Below the pieces are notes generated by a model. The model had not been told where the DNA came from. It ran no database searches and saw nothing but the letters and a program-made list of their open reading frames with translations. Positions 49,570 to 63,924 of a stretch of 64,000 nt of DNA are shown one piece after another; positions within the stretch are counted from its first letter, which is position 1, and each line of letters opens with the position of its first letter. Position numbers and translations under genes: made by a program. The stretch comes from the human T2T-CHM13v2.0 reference genome, Homo sapiens: assembly GCF_009914755.1 (NCBI RefSeq), contig NC_060926.1. One strand, written 5' to 3'.

Positions 49570-52500
49570 GCATTCTCAGAAACTTATTTGTGATGTGCGC
49601 CCTCAACTAACAGTGTTGAAGCTTTCTTTTGATAGAGCAGTTTTGAAACACTCTTTTTGTAAAATCTGCAAGAGGATATTTGGATAGCTTTGAGGATTTC
49701 GTTGGAAACGGGATTGTCTTCATATACAATCTAGACAGAAGCATTCTCAGAAGCTTCATTGGGATGTTTCAATTGAAGTCACAGTGTTGAACAGTCCCTT
49801 TCGTAGAGCAGGTTGGAAACACTCTTTTTGTAATATCTGGAAGTGGACATTTGGAGCGTTCTCAGGACTATGGTGAAAAAGGAAATATCTTCCAATAAAA
49901 GCTAGATAGAAGCAATGTCAGAAACTTTTTCATGATGTATCTACTCAGCTAACAGAGTTGAACCTTTCTTTTGAGAGAGCCGTTTTGAAACACTCTTTTT
50001 GTGGAATCTGCAAGTGGATATTTGTCTAGCTTTGAGGATTTCGTTGGAAACGGGATTACATATAAAAAGCAGACAGCAGCATTCCCAGAAACTTCTTTGT
50101 GATGTTTGCATTCAAGTCACAGAGTTGAACATTCCCTTTCATAGAGCAGGTTTGAAACACTCTTTTTGTAGTATCTGGATGTGGACATTTGGAGCGCTTT
50201 CAGGCCTATGGTGAAAAAGGAAATATCTTCCCCTGAAAACTAGACAGAAGCATTCTCAGAAACTTATTTGTGATGTGCGCCCTCAACTAACAGTGTTAAA
50301 CCTTTCTTTTGATAGAGTAGTTTTGAAACACTCTTTGTAAAATCTGCAAGAGGATATTTTGATAGCTTTGAGGATTTCTTTGGAAACGGGATTGTCTTCA
50401 TATAAAATCAAGACAAAAGCATTCTCAGAAGCTTCATTGGGATGTTTCAATTGAAGTCACAGTGTTGAACAGTCCCTTTCATAGAGCATGTTTGAAACAC
50501 TCTTTTTGTAGTATCTGGAAGTTGACATTTGGAGCGTTTTCAGGACTACGGTGAAAAAGGAAATATCTTCCAAATAAAGCTAGATAGAAGCAATGTCAGA
50601 AAATTTTTCATGATGTATCTACTCAGCTAACAGAATTTAACCTTTCTTTTGAGAGAGCAGTTTTGAAACACTCTTTTTGTGGAATCTGCAAGTGGATATT
50701 TGTCTAGGTTTGAGGATTTCGTTGGAAACGGGATTGCATATAAAAAGCAGACAGCAGCATTCCCAGAAACTTCTTTGTGATGTTTGCATTCAAGTCACAG
50801 AGTTGAACATTCCCTTTCATAGAGCAGGTTTGAAACACTCTTTTTGTAGTATCTGGATGTGGACATTTGGAGCGCTTTCAGGCCTATGGTGAAAAAGGAA
50901 ATATCTTCCCCTGAAAACTAGACAGAAGCATTCTCAGAAACTTATTTGTGATGTGCACCCTCAACTAACAGTGTTGAAGCTTTCTTTTGACAGAGCAGTT
51001 TGAAACACTCTTTTTGTAAAATCTCCAAGAGGATATTTGCATAGCTTTGAGGATTTCGGTGGAAATGGGATTGTCTTCATATAAACTCTAGACAGTAGCA
51101 TTCTCAGAAGCTTCATTGGGATGTTTCAATTGAAGTCACAGTGTTGAACAGTCCCTTTCATAGAGCAGGTTTGAAACACTCTTTTTGTAGTATCTGGAAG
51201 TGGACATTTGGAGCGCTCTCAAGACTACGGTGAAAAAGGAAATATCTTCCAATAAAAGCTAGATAGAAGCAATGTCAGAAACTTTTTCATGATGTATCTA
51301 CTCAGCTAACAGAGTTGAACCTTTTTTTTGAGAGAGCAGTTTTGAAACACTCTTTTTGTTCGATCTGCAGGTGGATATTTGTCTAGGTTTGAGGATTTCG
51401 TTGGAAACGGGATTACATATAAAAAACAGACAGCAGCATTCCCAGAAACTTCTTTGTGATGTTTGCATTCAAGTCACAGAGTTGAACATTCCCTTTCGTA
51501 GAGCAGGTTTGAAACACTCTTTTTGTAGTATCTGGATGTGGACATTTGGAGCGCTCTCAGGCCTATGGTGAAAAAGGAAATATCTTCCCCTGGAAACTAC
51601 ACAGAAGCATTCTCAGAAACTTATTTGTGATGTGCGCCCTCAACTAACAATGTTGAACCTTTCTGTTGATAGAGTAGTTTTGAAACACTCTTCTTGTAAA
51701 ATCTGCAAGAGGATATTTGGATAGCTTTGAGGATTTCGTTGGAAACGGGATTGTCTTCATATTAACCCTAGACAGTAGCATTCTCAGAAGGTTCATTGGG
51801 ATGTTTCAATTGAAGTCACAGTGTTGAACAGTCACTTTCATAGAGCAGGTTTGAAACACTCTTTTTGTAGCATCTGGAAGTGGACATTTGGAGCGCTCTC
51901 AGGACTACGGTGAAAAAGGAAATATCTTCCAATAAAAGCTAGATAGAAGCAATGTCAGAAACTTTTTCATGATGTATCTACTCAGCTAAAAGAGTTGAAC
52001 CTTTCTTTTGTGAGAGCAGTCTTGAAACACTATTTTTGTGGAATCTGCAAGTGGATATTTGTCTAGCTTTGAGGATTTCGTTGGAAACGAGATTACATAT
52101 AAAAAGCAGACAGCAGCATTCCCAGAAACTACTTTGTGAAATTTGCATTCAAGTCACAGACTTGAACATTCCCTTTCATAGAGCAGGTTTGAAACACTCT
52201 TTTTGTAGTATCTGGATGTGGACGTTTGGAGCGCTTTCAGGCCTACGGTGAAAAAGGAAATATCTTCCCCTGAAAACTATACAGAAGCATTCTCAGAAAC
52301 TTATTTGTGATGTGCGCCCTCAACTAACAGTGTTGAAGCTTTCTTTTGATAGAGCAGTTTTGAAACACTCTTTTTGTAAAATCTGCAAGAGGATATTTGG
52401 ATAGCTTTGAGGATTTCGTTGGAAACGGGATTGTCTTCATATAGAATCTAGACAGAAGCATTCTCAGAAGCTTCATTGGGATGTTTCAATTGAAGTCACA

Positions 52501-55500
52501 GTGTTGAACAGTCCCTTTCATAGAGCATGTTTGAAACACTCTTTTTGTAGTATCTGGAAGTGGACATTTGGAGCGTTCTCAGGACGACAGTGAAAAAGGA
52601 AATATCTTCCAACAAAAGCTAGATAGAAGAAATGTCAGAAAATTTTTCATGATGTATCTACTCAGCTAACAGAGTTGAACCTTTCTTTGGAGAGAGTAGT
52701 TTTGAAACACTCTTTTTGTGGAATCTGCAAGTGGATATTTGTCTAGTTTTGAGGATTGCGTTGGAAACGGTATTACATATAAAAAGCAGAGAGCAGCATT
52801 CCCAGAAACTTCTTTGTGATATTTGCATTGAAGTCACAGACTTGAACATTCCGTTTCATAGAGCAGGTTTGAAACACTCTTTTTGTAGTATCTGGATGTG
52901 GACATTTGGAGCGCTTTCAGGCCTATGGTGAAAAAGGAAATATCTTCCCCTGAAAACTAGACAGAAGCATTCTCAGAAACTTATTTGTCATGTGCGCCCT
53001 CAACTAACAGTGTTGAACCTTTCTTTTGATAGAGCAGTTTTGATACACTCTTTTTGTAAAATCCGCAAGAGGATATTTGGATAGCTTTGAGGATTACGTT
53101 GGAAACGGGATTGTCTTCATATAGAATCTAGACAGAATCATTCTCAGAAGCTTCATTGGGATGTTTCAATTGAAGTCACAGTGTTGAACAGTCCCTTTCA
53201 TAGAGCAGATTTGAAACACTCTTTTTGTAGTATCTGGAAGTGGACATTTGGAGCGCTCTCAGGACTACAGTGAAAAAGGAAATATCTTCCAATAAAAGCT
53301 AGATAGAAGCAATGTCAGAAAATTTTTCATGATGTATCTACTCAGCTAACAGGGTTGAACCTTTCTTTTGAGAGAGCAGTTTTGAAACACTCTTTTTGTG
53401 GAATCTGCAAGTGGATATTTGTCTAGCTTTGAGGATTGCGTTGGAAACGGGATTACATATAAAAAGCAGACAGCAGCATTCCCAGAAACTTCTTTGTGAT
53501 ATTTGCATTCAAGTCACAGACTTGAACATTCCCTTCCATAGAGCGGGTTTGAAACACTCTTTTTGTAGTATCTGGATGTGGACATTTGGAGCGCTTTCAG
53601 GCCTATGGTGAAAAAGGAAATATCTTCCCCTGAAAACTAGACAGAAGCATTCTCAGAATCTTATTTGTGATGTGCGCCCTCAACTAACAGTGTTGAAGCT
53701 TTCTTTTGATAGAGCAGTTTTGAAACACTCTTTTTGTAAAATCTGCAAGAGGATATTTGGATACCTTTGAGGATTTCGTTGGAAACGGGATTGTCTTCAT
53801 ATAAAATCTAGACAGAAGCATTCTCAGAAGCTTCATTGGGATGTTTCAATTGAAGTCACAGTGTTGAACAGTCCCTTTCATAGAGCACGTTTGAAACAAT
53901 CTTTTTGTAGTATCTGGAAGTGGACATTTGGAGCGTTCTCAGGACTACGGTGAAAAAGGAAATATCTTCCAAATAAAGCTAGATAGAAGCAATGTCAGAA
54001 AATTTTTCATGATGTATCTACTCAGCTAACAGAGTTGAACCTTTCTTTTGACAGAGCAGTTTTGAAACACTCTTTTTGTGGAATCTGCAAGTGGATATTT
54101 GTCTAGCTTTGAGGATTTCGTTGGAAACGGGATTACATATAAAAAGCAGACAGCAGCATTCCCAGAAACTTCTTTGTGATGTTTGCATTCAAGTCACAGA
54201 GTTGAACATTCCCTTTCATAGAGCAGGTTTGAAACACTCTTTTTGTAGTATCTGGATGTGGACATTTGGAGCGCTTTCAGGCCTATGGTGAAAAAGGAAA
54301 TATCTTCCCCTGAAAACTAGACAGAAGCATTCTCAGAAACTTATTTGTGATGTGCGCCCTCAACTAACAGTGTTAAACCTTTCTTTTGATAGAGTAGTTT
54401 TGAAACACCCTTTGTAAAATCTGCAAGAGGATATTTGGATAGCTTTGAGGATTTCTTTGGAAACGGGATTGTCTTCATATAAAATCTAGACAAAAGCATT
54501 CTCAGAAGCTTCATTGGGATGTTTCAATTGAAGTCACAGTGTTGAACAGTCCCTTTCATAGAGCATGTTTGAAACACTCTTTTTGTAGTATCTGGAAGTT
54601 GACATTTGGAGCGTTTTCAGGACTACGGTGAAAAAGGAAATATCTTCCAAATAAAGCTAGATAGAAGCAATGTCAGAAAATTTTTCATTATGTATCTACT
54701 CAGCTAACAGAATTTAACCTTTCTTTTGAGAGAGAAGTTTTGAAACACTCTTTTTGTGGAATCTGCAAGTGGATATTTGTCTAGGTTTGAGGATTTCGTT
54801 GGAAACCGTATTACATATGAAAAGCAGACAGCAGCATTCCCAGAAACTTCTTTGTCATGTTTGCATTCAAGTCACAGAGTTGAACATTCCCTTTCATAGA
54901 GCAGGTTTGAAACACTCTTTTTGTAGTATCTGGATGTGGACATTTGGAGCGCTTTCAGGCCTATGGTGAAAAAGGAAATATCTTCCCCTGAAAACTAGAC
55001 AGAAGCATTCTCAGAAACTTATTTGTGATGTGCACCCTCAACTAACAGTGTTGAAGCTTTCTTTTGACAGAGCAGTTTGAAACACTCTTTTTGTAAAATC
55101 TGCAAGAGGATATTTGGATTGCTTTGAGGATTTCGGAGGAAATGGGATTGTCTTCATATAAACTCTAGACAGTAGCATTCTCAGAAGCTTCATTGGGATG
55201 TTTCAATTGAAGTCACAGTGTTGAACAGTCCGTTTCATAGAGCAGGTTTGAAACACTCTTTTTGTAGTATCTGGAAGTGGACATTTGGAGCGCTCTCAGG
55301 ACTACGGTGAAAAAGGAAATATCTTCCAATAAAAGCTAGATAGAAGCAATGTCAGAAACTTTTTCATGATGTATCTACTCAGCTAACAGAGTTGAACCTT
55401 TTTTTTGAGAGAGCAGTTTTGAAACACTCTTTTTGTTCGATCTGCAGGTGGATATTTGTCTAGCTTTGAGGATTTCGTTGGAAACGGGATTACATATAAA

Positions 55501-58500
55501 AAGCAGACAGCAGCATTCCCAGAAACTTCTTTGTGATATTTGCATTCAAGTCACAGACTTGAACATTCCCTTTCATAGAGCAGGTTTGAAACACTCTTTT
55601 TGTAGTATCTGGATGTGGACATTTGGAGCGCTTTCAGGCCTATGGTGAAAAAGGAAATATCTTCCCCTGCAAACTAGACAGAAGCATTCTCAGAAACTTA
55701 TTTGTGATGTGCGCCCTCAACTAACAGTGTTGAAGCTTTCTTTTGATAGAGCAGTTTTGAAACACTCTTTTTGTAAAATCTGCAAGAGGATATTTGGATA
55801 GCTTTGAGGATTTCGTTGGAAACGGGATTGTCTTCATATACAATCTAGACAGAAGCATTCTCAGAAGCTTCATTGGGATGTTTCAATTGAAGTCACAGTG
55901 TTGAACAGTCCCTTTCGTAGAGCAGGTTTGAAACACTCTTTTTGTAATATCTGGAAGTGGACATTTGGAGCGTTCTCAGGACTATGGTGAAAAAGGAAAT
56001 ATCTTCCAATAAAAGCTAGATAGAAGCAATGTCAGAAACTTTTTCATGATGTATCTACTCAGCTAACAGAGTTGAACCTTTCTTTTGAGAGAGCCGTTTT
56101 GAAACACTCTTTTTGTGGAATCTGCAAGTGGATATTTGTCTAGCTTTGAGGATTTCGTTGGAAACGGGATTACATATAAAAAGCAGACAGCAGCATTCCC
56201 AGAAACTTCTTTGTGATGTTTGCATTCAAGTCACAGAGTTGAACATTCCCTTTCATAGAGCAGGTTTGAAACACTCTTTTTGTAGTATCTGGATGTGGAC
56301 ATTTGGAGCGCTTTCAGGCCTATGGTGAAAAAGGAAATATCTTCCCCTGAAAACTAGACAGAAGCATTCTCAGAAACTTATTTGTGATGTGCGCCCTCAA
56401 CTAACAGTGTTAAACCTTTCTTTTGATAGAGTAGTTTTGAAACACCCTTTGTAAAATCTGCAAGAGGATATTTGGATAGCTTTGAGGATTTCTTTGGAAA
56501 CGGGATTGTCTTCATATAAAATCTAGACAAAAGCATTCTCAGAAGCTTCATTGGGATGTTTCAATTGAAGTCACAGTGTTGAACAGTCCCTTTCATAGAG
56601 CATGTTTGAAACACTCTTTTTGTAGTATCTGGAAGTTGACATTTGGAGCGTTTTCAGGACTACGGTGAAAAAGGAAATATCTTCCAAATAAAGCTAGATA
56701 GAAGCAATGTCAGAAAATTTTTCATTATGTATCTACTCAGCTAACAGAATTTAACCTTTCTTTTGAGAGAGAAGTTTTGAAACACTCTTTTTGTGGAATC
56801 TGCAAGTGGATATTTGTCTAGGTTTGAGGATTTCGTTGGAAACCGTATTACATATGAAAAGCAGACAGCAGCATTCCCAGAAACTTCTTTGTCATGTTTG
56901 CATTCAAGTCACAGAGTTGAACATTCCCTTTCATAGAGCAGGTTTGAAACACTCTTTTTGTAGTATCTGGATGTGGACATTTGGAGCGCTTTCAGGCCTA
57001 TGGTGAAAAAGGAAATATCTTCCCCTGAAAACTAGACAGAAGCATTCTCAGAAACTTATTTGTGATGTGCACCCTCAACTAACAGTGTTGAAGCTTTCTT
57101 TTGACAGAGCAGTTTGAAACACTCTTTTTGTAAAATCTGCAAGAGGATATTTGGATTGCTTTGAGGATTTCGGAGGAAATGGGATTGTCTTCATATAAAC
57201 TCTAGACAGTAGCATTCTCAGAAGCTTCATTGGGATGTTTCAATTGAAGTCACAGTGTTGAACAGTCCGTTTCATAGAGCAGGTTTGAAACACTCTTTTT
57301 GTAGTATCTGGAAGTGGACATTTGGAGCGCTCTCAGGACTACGGTGAAAAAGGAAATATCTTCCAATAAAAGCTAGATAGAAGCAATGTCAGAAACTTTT
57401 TCATGATGTATCTACTCAGCTAACAGAGTTGAACCTTTTTTTTGAGAGAGCAGTTTTGAAACACTCTTTTTGTTCGATCTGCAGGTGGATATTTGTCTAG
57501 CTTTGAGGATTTCGTTGGAAACGGGATTACATATAAAAAGCAGACAGCAGCATTCCCAGAAACTTCTTTGTGATATTTGCATTCAAGTCACAGACTTGAA
57601 CATTCCCTTTCATAGAGCAGGTTTGAAACACTCTTTTTGTAGTATCTGGATGTGGACATTTGGAGCGCTTTCAGGCCTATGGTGAAAAAGGAAATATCTT
57701 CCCCTGCAAACTAGACAGAAGCATTCTCAGAAACTTATTTGTGATGTGCGCCCTCAACTAACAGTGTTGAAGCTTTCTTTTGATAGAGCAGTTTTGAAAC
57801 ACTCTTTTTGTAAAATCTGCAAGAGGATATTTGGATAGCTTTGAGGATTTCGTTGGAAACGGGATTGTCTTCATATACAATCTAGACAGAAGCATTCTCA
57901 GAAGCTTCATTGGGATGTTTCAATTGAAGTCACAGTGTTGAACAGTCCCTTTCGTAGAGCAGGTTTGAAACACTCTTTTTGTAATATCTGGAAGTGGACA
58001 TTTGGAGCGTTCTCAGGACTATGGTGAAAAAGGAAATATCTTCCAATAAAAGCTAGATAGAAGCAATGTCAGAAACTTTTTCATGATGTATCTACTCAGC
58101 TAACAGAGTTGAACCTTTCTTTTGAGAGAGCCGTTTTGAAACACTCTTTTTGTGGAATCTGCAAGTGGATATTTGTCTAGCTTTGAGGATTTCGTTGGAA
58201 ACGGGATTACATATAAAAAGCAGACAGCAGCATTCCCAGAAACTTCTTTGTGATGTTTGCATTCAAGTCACAGAGTTGAACATTCCCTTTCATAGAGCAG
58301 GTTTGAAACACTCTTTTTGTAGTATCTGGATGTGGACATTTGGAGCGCTTTCAGGCCTATGGTGAAAAAGGAAATATCTTCCCCTGAAAACTAGACAGAA
58401 GCATTCTCAGAAACTTATTTGTGATGTGCGCCCTCAACTAACAGTGTTAAACCTTTCTTTTGATAGAGTAGTTTTGAAACACTCTTTGTAAAATCTGCAA

Positions 58501-61500
58501 GAGGATATTTTGATAGCTTTGAGGATTTCTTTGGAAACGGGATTGTCTTCATATAAAATCTAGACAAAAGCATTCTCAGAAGCTTCATTGGGATGTTTCA
58601 ATTGAAGTCACAGTGTTGAACAGTCCCTTTCATAGAGCATGTTTGAAACACTCTTTTTGTAGTATCTGGAAGTTGACATTTGGAGCGTTTTCAGGACTAC
58701 GGTGAAAAAGGAAATATCTTCCAAATAAAGCTAGATAGAAGCAATGTCAGAAAATTTTTCATGATGTATCTACTCAGCTAACAGAATTTAACCTTTCTTT
58801 TGAGAGAGCAGTTTTGAAACACTCTTTTTGTGGAATCTGCAAGTGGATATTTGTCTAGGTTTGAGGATTTCGTTGGAAACGGGATTGCATATAAAAAGCA
58901 GACAGCAGCATTCCCAGAAACTTCTTTGTGATGTTTGCATTCAAGTCACAGAGTTGAACATTCCCTTTCATAGAGCAGGTTTGAAACACTCTTTTTGTAG
59001 TATCTGGATGTGGACATTTGGAGCGCTTTCAGGCCTATGGTGAAAAAGGAAATATCTTCCCCTGAAAACTAGACAGAAGCATTCTCAGAAACTTATTTGT
59101 GATGTGCACCCTCAACTAACAGTGTTGAAGCTTTCTTTTGACAGAGCAGTTTGAAACACTCTTTTTGTAAAATCTCCAAGAGGATATTTGCATAGCTTTG
59201 AGGATTTCGGTGGAAATGGGATTGTCTTCATATAAACTCTAGACAGTAGCATTCTCAGAAGCTTCATTGGGATGTTTCAATTGAAGTCACAGTGTTGAAC
59301 AGTCCGTTTCATAGAGCAGGTTTGAAACACTCTTTTTGTAGTATCTGGAAGTGGACATTTGGAGCGCTCTCAAGACTACGGTGAAAAAGGAAATATCTTC
59401 CAATAAAAGCTAGATAGAAGCAATGTCAGAAACTTTTTCATGATGTATCTACTCAGCTAACAGAGTTGAACCTTTTTTTTGAGAGAGCAGTTTTGAAACA
59501 CTCTTTTTGTTCGATCTGCAGGTGGATATTTGTCTAGGTTTGAGGATTTCGTTGGAAACGGGATTACATATAAAAAACAGACAGCAGCATTCCCAGAAAC
59601 TTCTTTGTGATGTTTGCATTCAAGTCACAGAGTTGAACATTCCCTTTCGTAGAGCAGGTTTGAAACACTCTTTTTGTAGTATCTGGATGTGGACATTTGG
59701 AGCGCTCTCAGGCCTATGGTGAAAAAGGAAATATCTTCCCCTGGAAACTACACAGAAGCATTCTCAGAAACTTATTTGTGATGTGCGCCCTCAACTAACA
59801 ATGTTGAACCTTTCTGTTGATAGAGTAGTTTTGAAACACTCTTCTTGTAAAATCTGCAAGAGGATATTTGGATAGCTTTGAGGATTTCGTTGGAAACGGG
59901 ATTGTCTTCATATTAACCCTAGACAGTAGCATTCTCAGAAGGTTCATTGGGATGTTTCAATTGAAGTCACAGTGTTGAACAGTCACTTTCATAGAGCAGG
60001 TTTGAAACACTCTTTTTGTAGCATCTGGAAGTGGACATTTGGAGCGCTCTCAGGACTACGGTGAAAAAGGAAATATCTTCCAATAAAAGCTAGATAGAAG
60101 CAATGTCAGAAACTTTTTCATGATGTATCTACTCAGCTAAAAGAGTTGAACCTTTCTTTTGTGAGAGCAGTCTTGAAACACTATTTTTGTGGAATCTGCA
60201 AGTGGATATTTGTCTAGCTTTGAGGATTTCGTTGGAAACGAGATTACATATAAAAAGCAGACAGCAGCATTCCCAGAAACTACTTTGTGAAATTTGCATT
60301 CAAGTCACAGACTTGAACATTCCCTTTCATAGAGCAGGTTTGAAACACTCTTTTTGTAGTATCTGGATGTGGACGTTTGGAGCGCTTTCAGGCCTACGGT
60401 GAAAAAGGAAATATCTTCCCCTGAAAACTATACAGAAGCATTCTCAGAAACTTATTTGTGATGTGCGCCCTCAACTAACAGTGTTGAAGCTTTCTTTTGA
60501 TAGAGCAGTTTTGAAACACTCTTTTTGTAAAATCTGCAAGAGGATATTTGGATAGCTTTGAGGATTTCGTTGGAAACGGGATTGTCTTCATATAGAATCT
60601 AGACAGAAGCATTCTCAGAAGCTTCATTCGGATGTTTCAATTGAAGTCACAGTGTTGAACAGTCCCTTTCATAGAGCATGTTTGAAACACTCTTTTTGTA
60701 GTATCTGGAAGTGGACATTTGGAGCGTTCTCAGGACGACAGTGAAAAAGGAAATATCTTCCAACAAAAGCTAGATAGAAGAAATGTCAGAAAATTTTTCA
60801 TGATGTATCTACTCAGCTAACAGAGTTGAACCTTTCTTTGGAGAGAGTAGTTTTGAAACACTCTTTTTGTGGAATCTGCAAGTGGATATTTGTCTAGTTT
60901 TGAGGATTGCGTTGGAAACGGTATTACATATAAAAAGCAGACAGCAGCATTCCCAGAAACTTCTTTGTGATATTTGCATTGAAGTCACAGACTTGAACAT
61001 TCCGTTTCATAGAGCAGGTTTGAAACACTCTTTTTGTAGTATCTGGATGTGGACATTTGGAGCGCTTTCAGGCCTATGGTGAAAAAGGAAATATCTTCCC
61101 CTGAAAACTAGACAGAAGCATTCTCAGAAACTTATTTGTCATGTGCGCCCTCAACTAACAGTGTTGAACCTTTCTTTTGATAGAGCAGTTTTGATACACT
61201 CTTTTTGTAAAATCCGCAAGAGGATATTTGGATAGCTTTGAGGATTACGTTGGAAACGGGATTGTCTTCATATAGAATCTAGACAGAATCATTCTCAGAA
61301 GCTTCATTGGGATGTTTCAATTGAAGTCACAGTGTTGAACAGTCCCTTTCATAGAGCAGATTTGAAACACTCTTTTTGTAGTATCTGGAAGTGGACATTT
61401 GGAGCGCTCTCAGGACTACAGTGAAAAAGGAAATATCTTCCAATAAAAGCTAGATAGAAGCAATGTCAGAAAATTTTTCATGATGTATCTACTCAGCTAA

Positions 61501-62250
61501 CAGGGTTGAACCTTTCTTTTGAGAGAGCAGTTTTGAAACACTCTTTTTGTGGAATCTGCAAGTGGATATTTGTCTAGCTTTGAGGATTGCGTTGGAAACG
61601 GGATTACATATAAAAAGCAGACAGCAGCATTCCCAGAAACTTCTTTGTGATATTTGCATTCAAGTCACAGACTTGAACATTCCCTTCCATAGAGCGGGTT
61701 TGAAACACTCTTTTTGTAGTATCTGGATGTGGACATTTGGAGCGCTTTCAGGCCTATGGTGAAAAAGGAAATATCTTCCCCTGAAAACTAGACAGAAGCA
61801 TTCTCAGAATCTTATTTGTGATGTGCGCCCTCAACTAACAGTGTTGAAGCTTTCTTTTGATAGAGCAGTTTTGAAACACTCTTTTTGTAAAATCTGCAAG
61901 AGGATATTTGGATAGCTTTGAGGATTTCGTTGGAAACGGGATTGTCTTCATATAAAATCTAGACAGAAGCATTCTCAGAAGCTTCATTGGGATGTTTCAA
62001 TTGAAGTCACAGTGTTGAACAGTCCCTTTCATAGAGCACGTTTGAAACAATCTTTTTGTAGTATCTGGAAGTGGACATTTGGAGCGTTCTCAGGACTACG
62101 GTGAAAAAGGAAATATCTTCCAAATAAAGCTAGATAGAAGCAATGTCAGAAAATTTTTCATGATGTATCTACTCAGCTAACAGAGTTGAACCTTTCTTTT
62201 GACAGAGCAGTTTTGAAACACTCTTTTTGTGGAATCTGCAAGTGGATATT
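49570..62250 (+). repeat. ~4.5-kb block repeated at a distance of 8151 bp (about 49.6-54.1 kb and 57.7-62.25 kb)
   Basis: Six consecutive ORF pairs are offset by exactly 8151: 49999/58150, 50677/58828, 51356/59507, 52036/60187, 52716/60867, 53396/61547. Confidence 0.85.
54076..58400 (+). repeat. Near-perfect tandem duplication of a 3-HOR block (period 2037 bp); ends approximate
   Basis: ORF sets 54076/56113/58150, 54754/56791 and 55433/57470 are identical within each set. Confidence 0.85.
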
Positions 62251-63586
62251 TGTCTAGATTTGAGGATTTCGTTGGAAACGGGATTACATATAAAAAGCAG
62301 ACAGCAGCATTCCCAGAAACTTCTTTGTGATATTTGCATTCAAGTCACAGACTTGAACATTCCCTTTCATAGAGCAGGTTTGAAACACTCTTTTTGTAGT
62401 ATCTGGATGTGGACATTTGGAGCGCTTTCAGGCCTATGGTGAAAAAGGAAATATCTTCCCCTGAAAACTAGACAGAAGCATTCTCAGAAACTAATTTGTG
62501 ATGTGCGCCCTCAACTAACAGTGTTGAAGCTTTCTTTTGATAGAGCAGATTTGAAACACTCTTTTTGTAAAATCTGCAAGAGGATATTTGGATAGCTTTG
62601 AGGATTTCGTTGGAAACGGGATTGTCTTCATATACAATCTAGACAGAAGCATTCTCAGAAGCTTCATTGGGATGTTTCAATTGAAGTCACAGTGTTGAAC
62701 AGTCCCTTTCGTAGAGCAGGTTTGAAACACTCTTTTTGTAATATCTGGAAGTGGACATTTGGAGCGTTCTCAGGACTATGGTGAAAAAGGAAATATCTTC
62801 CAATAAAAGCTAGATAGAAGCAATGTCAGAAACTTTTTCATGATGTATCTACTCAGCTAAAAGAGTTGAACCTTTCTTTTGAGAGAGCAGTTTTGAAACA
62901 CTATTTTTGTGGAATCTGCAAGTGGATATTTGTCTAGCTTTGAGGATTTCGTTGGAAACGGGATTACATATAAAAAGCAGACAGCAGCATTCCGAGAAAG
63001 CTCTTTGTGAAATTTGCATTCAAGTCACAGACTTGAACATTCCCTTTCATAGAGCAGGTTTGAAACACTCTTTTTGTAGTATCTGGATGTGGACATTTGG
63101 AGCGCTTTCAGGCCTATGGTGAAAAAGGAAATATCTTCCCCTGAAAACTAGACAGAAGCATTCTCAGAAACTTATTTGTGATGTGCGCCCTCAACTAACG
63201 GTGTTGAAGCTTTCTTTTGATAGAGCAGTTTTGAAACACTCTTTTTGTAAAATCTGCAAGAGGATATTTGGATAGCTTTGAGGATTTCGTTGGAAACGGG
63301 ATTGTCTTCATATAGAATCTAGACAGAAGCATTCTCAGAAGCTTCATTGGGATGTTTCAATTGAAGTCACAGTGTTGAACAGTCCCTTTCATAGAGCAGG
63401 TTTGAAACACTCTTTTTGTAGTATCTGGAGGTGGACATTTGGAGCGTTCTCAGGACTACAGTGGAAAAGGAAATATCTTCCAGTAAAAGCTAGATAGAAA
63501 CAATGTCAGAAAATTTTTTATGATGTATCTACTCAGCTAACAGAGTTGAACCTTTCTTTTGAGAGAGCAGTTTTGAAACACTCTTT

Positions 63587-63924
63587 TTGTGGAATCTGCA
63601 AGTGGATATTTGTCTAGGTTTGAGGATTGCGTTTGAAACGGGATTACATATAAAAAGCAGACAGCAGCATTCCCAGAAACTTCTTTGTGATGTTTGCATT
63701 CAAGTCACAGAGTTGAACATTCCCTTTCATAGAGCAGGTTTGAAACACTCTTTTTGTAGTATCTGGAAGTGGACATTTGGAGCGCTCTCAGGACTACGGT
63801 GAAAAAGGAAATATCTTCCAATAAAAGCTAGATAGAAGCAAAGTCAGAAACTTTTTAATGATCTATCTACTCAGCTAACAGAGTTGAACCTTTCTTTTGA
63901 GAGAGCAGTTTTGAAACATTCTTT
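63587..63924 (+). repeat. 2-mer variant HOR (m2/m4 hybrid), same haplotype as 10954
   Basis: Identical ORF (GLRIAFETG...WKWTFGALSGLR) and the same following 'aaagtcagaaactttttaatgatctatc'. Confidence 0.85.

Noticed and set aside
5275-61000. Scattered minus-strand ORFs (5275, 6648, 44617, 52658, 60809) suggesting inversions
   Set aside because: All monomers I read are in one orientation; these ORFs arise from point variants removing stops.
79-63802. Dozens of near-identical 63-71 aa ORFs (MWNLQVDICLALRISLETG...) suggesting a tandem gene family
   Set aside because: They are chance stop-free frames across m1/m2 of alpha satellite, mostly starting at TTG or GTG. They are lost by random stops in some units and show no gene structure.
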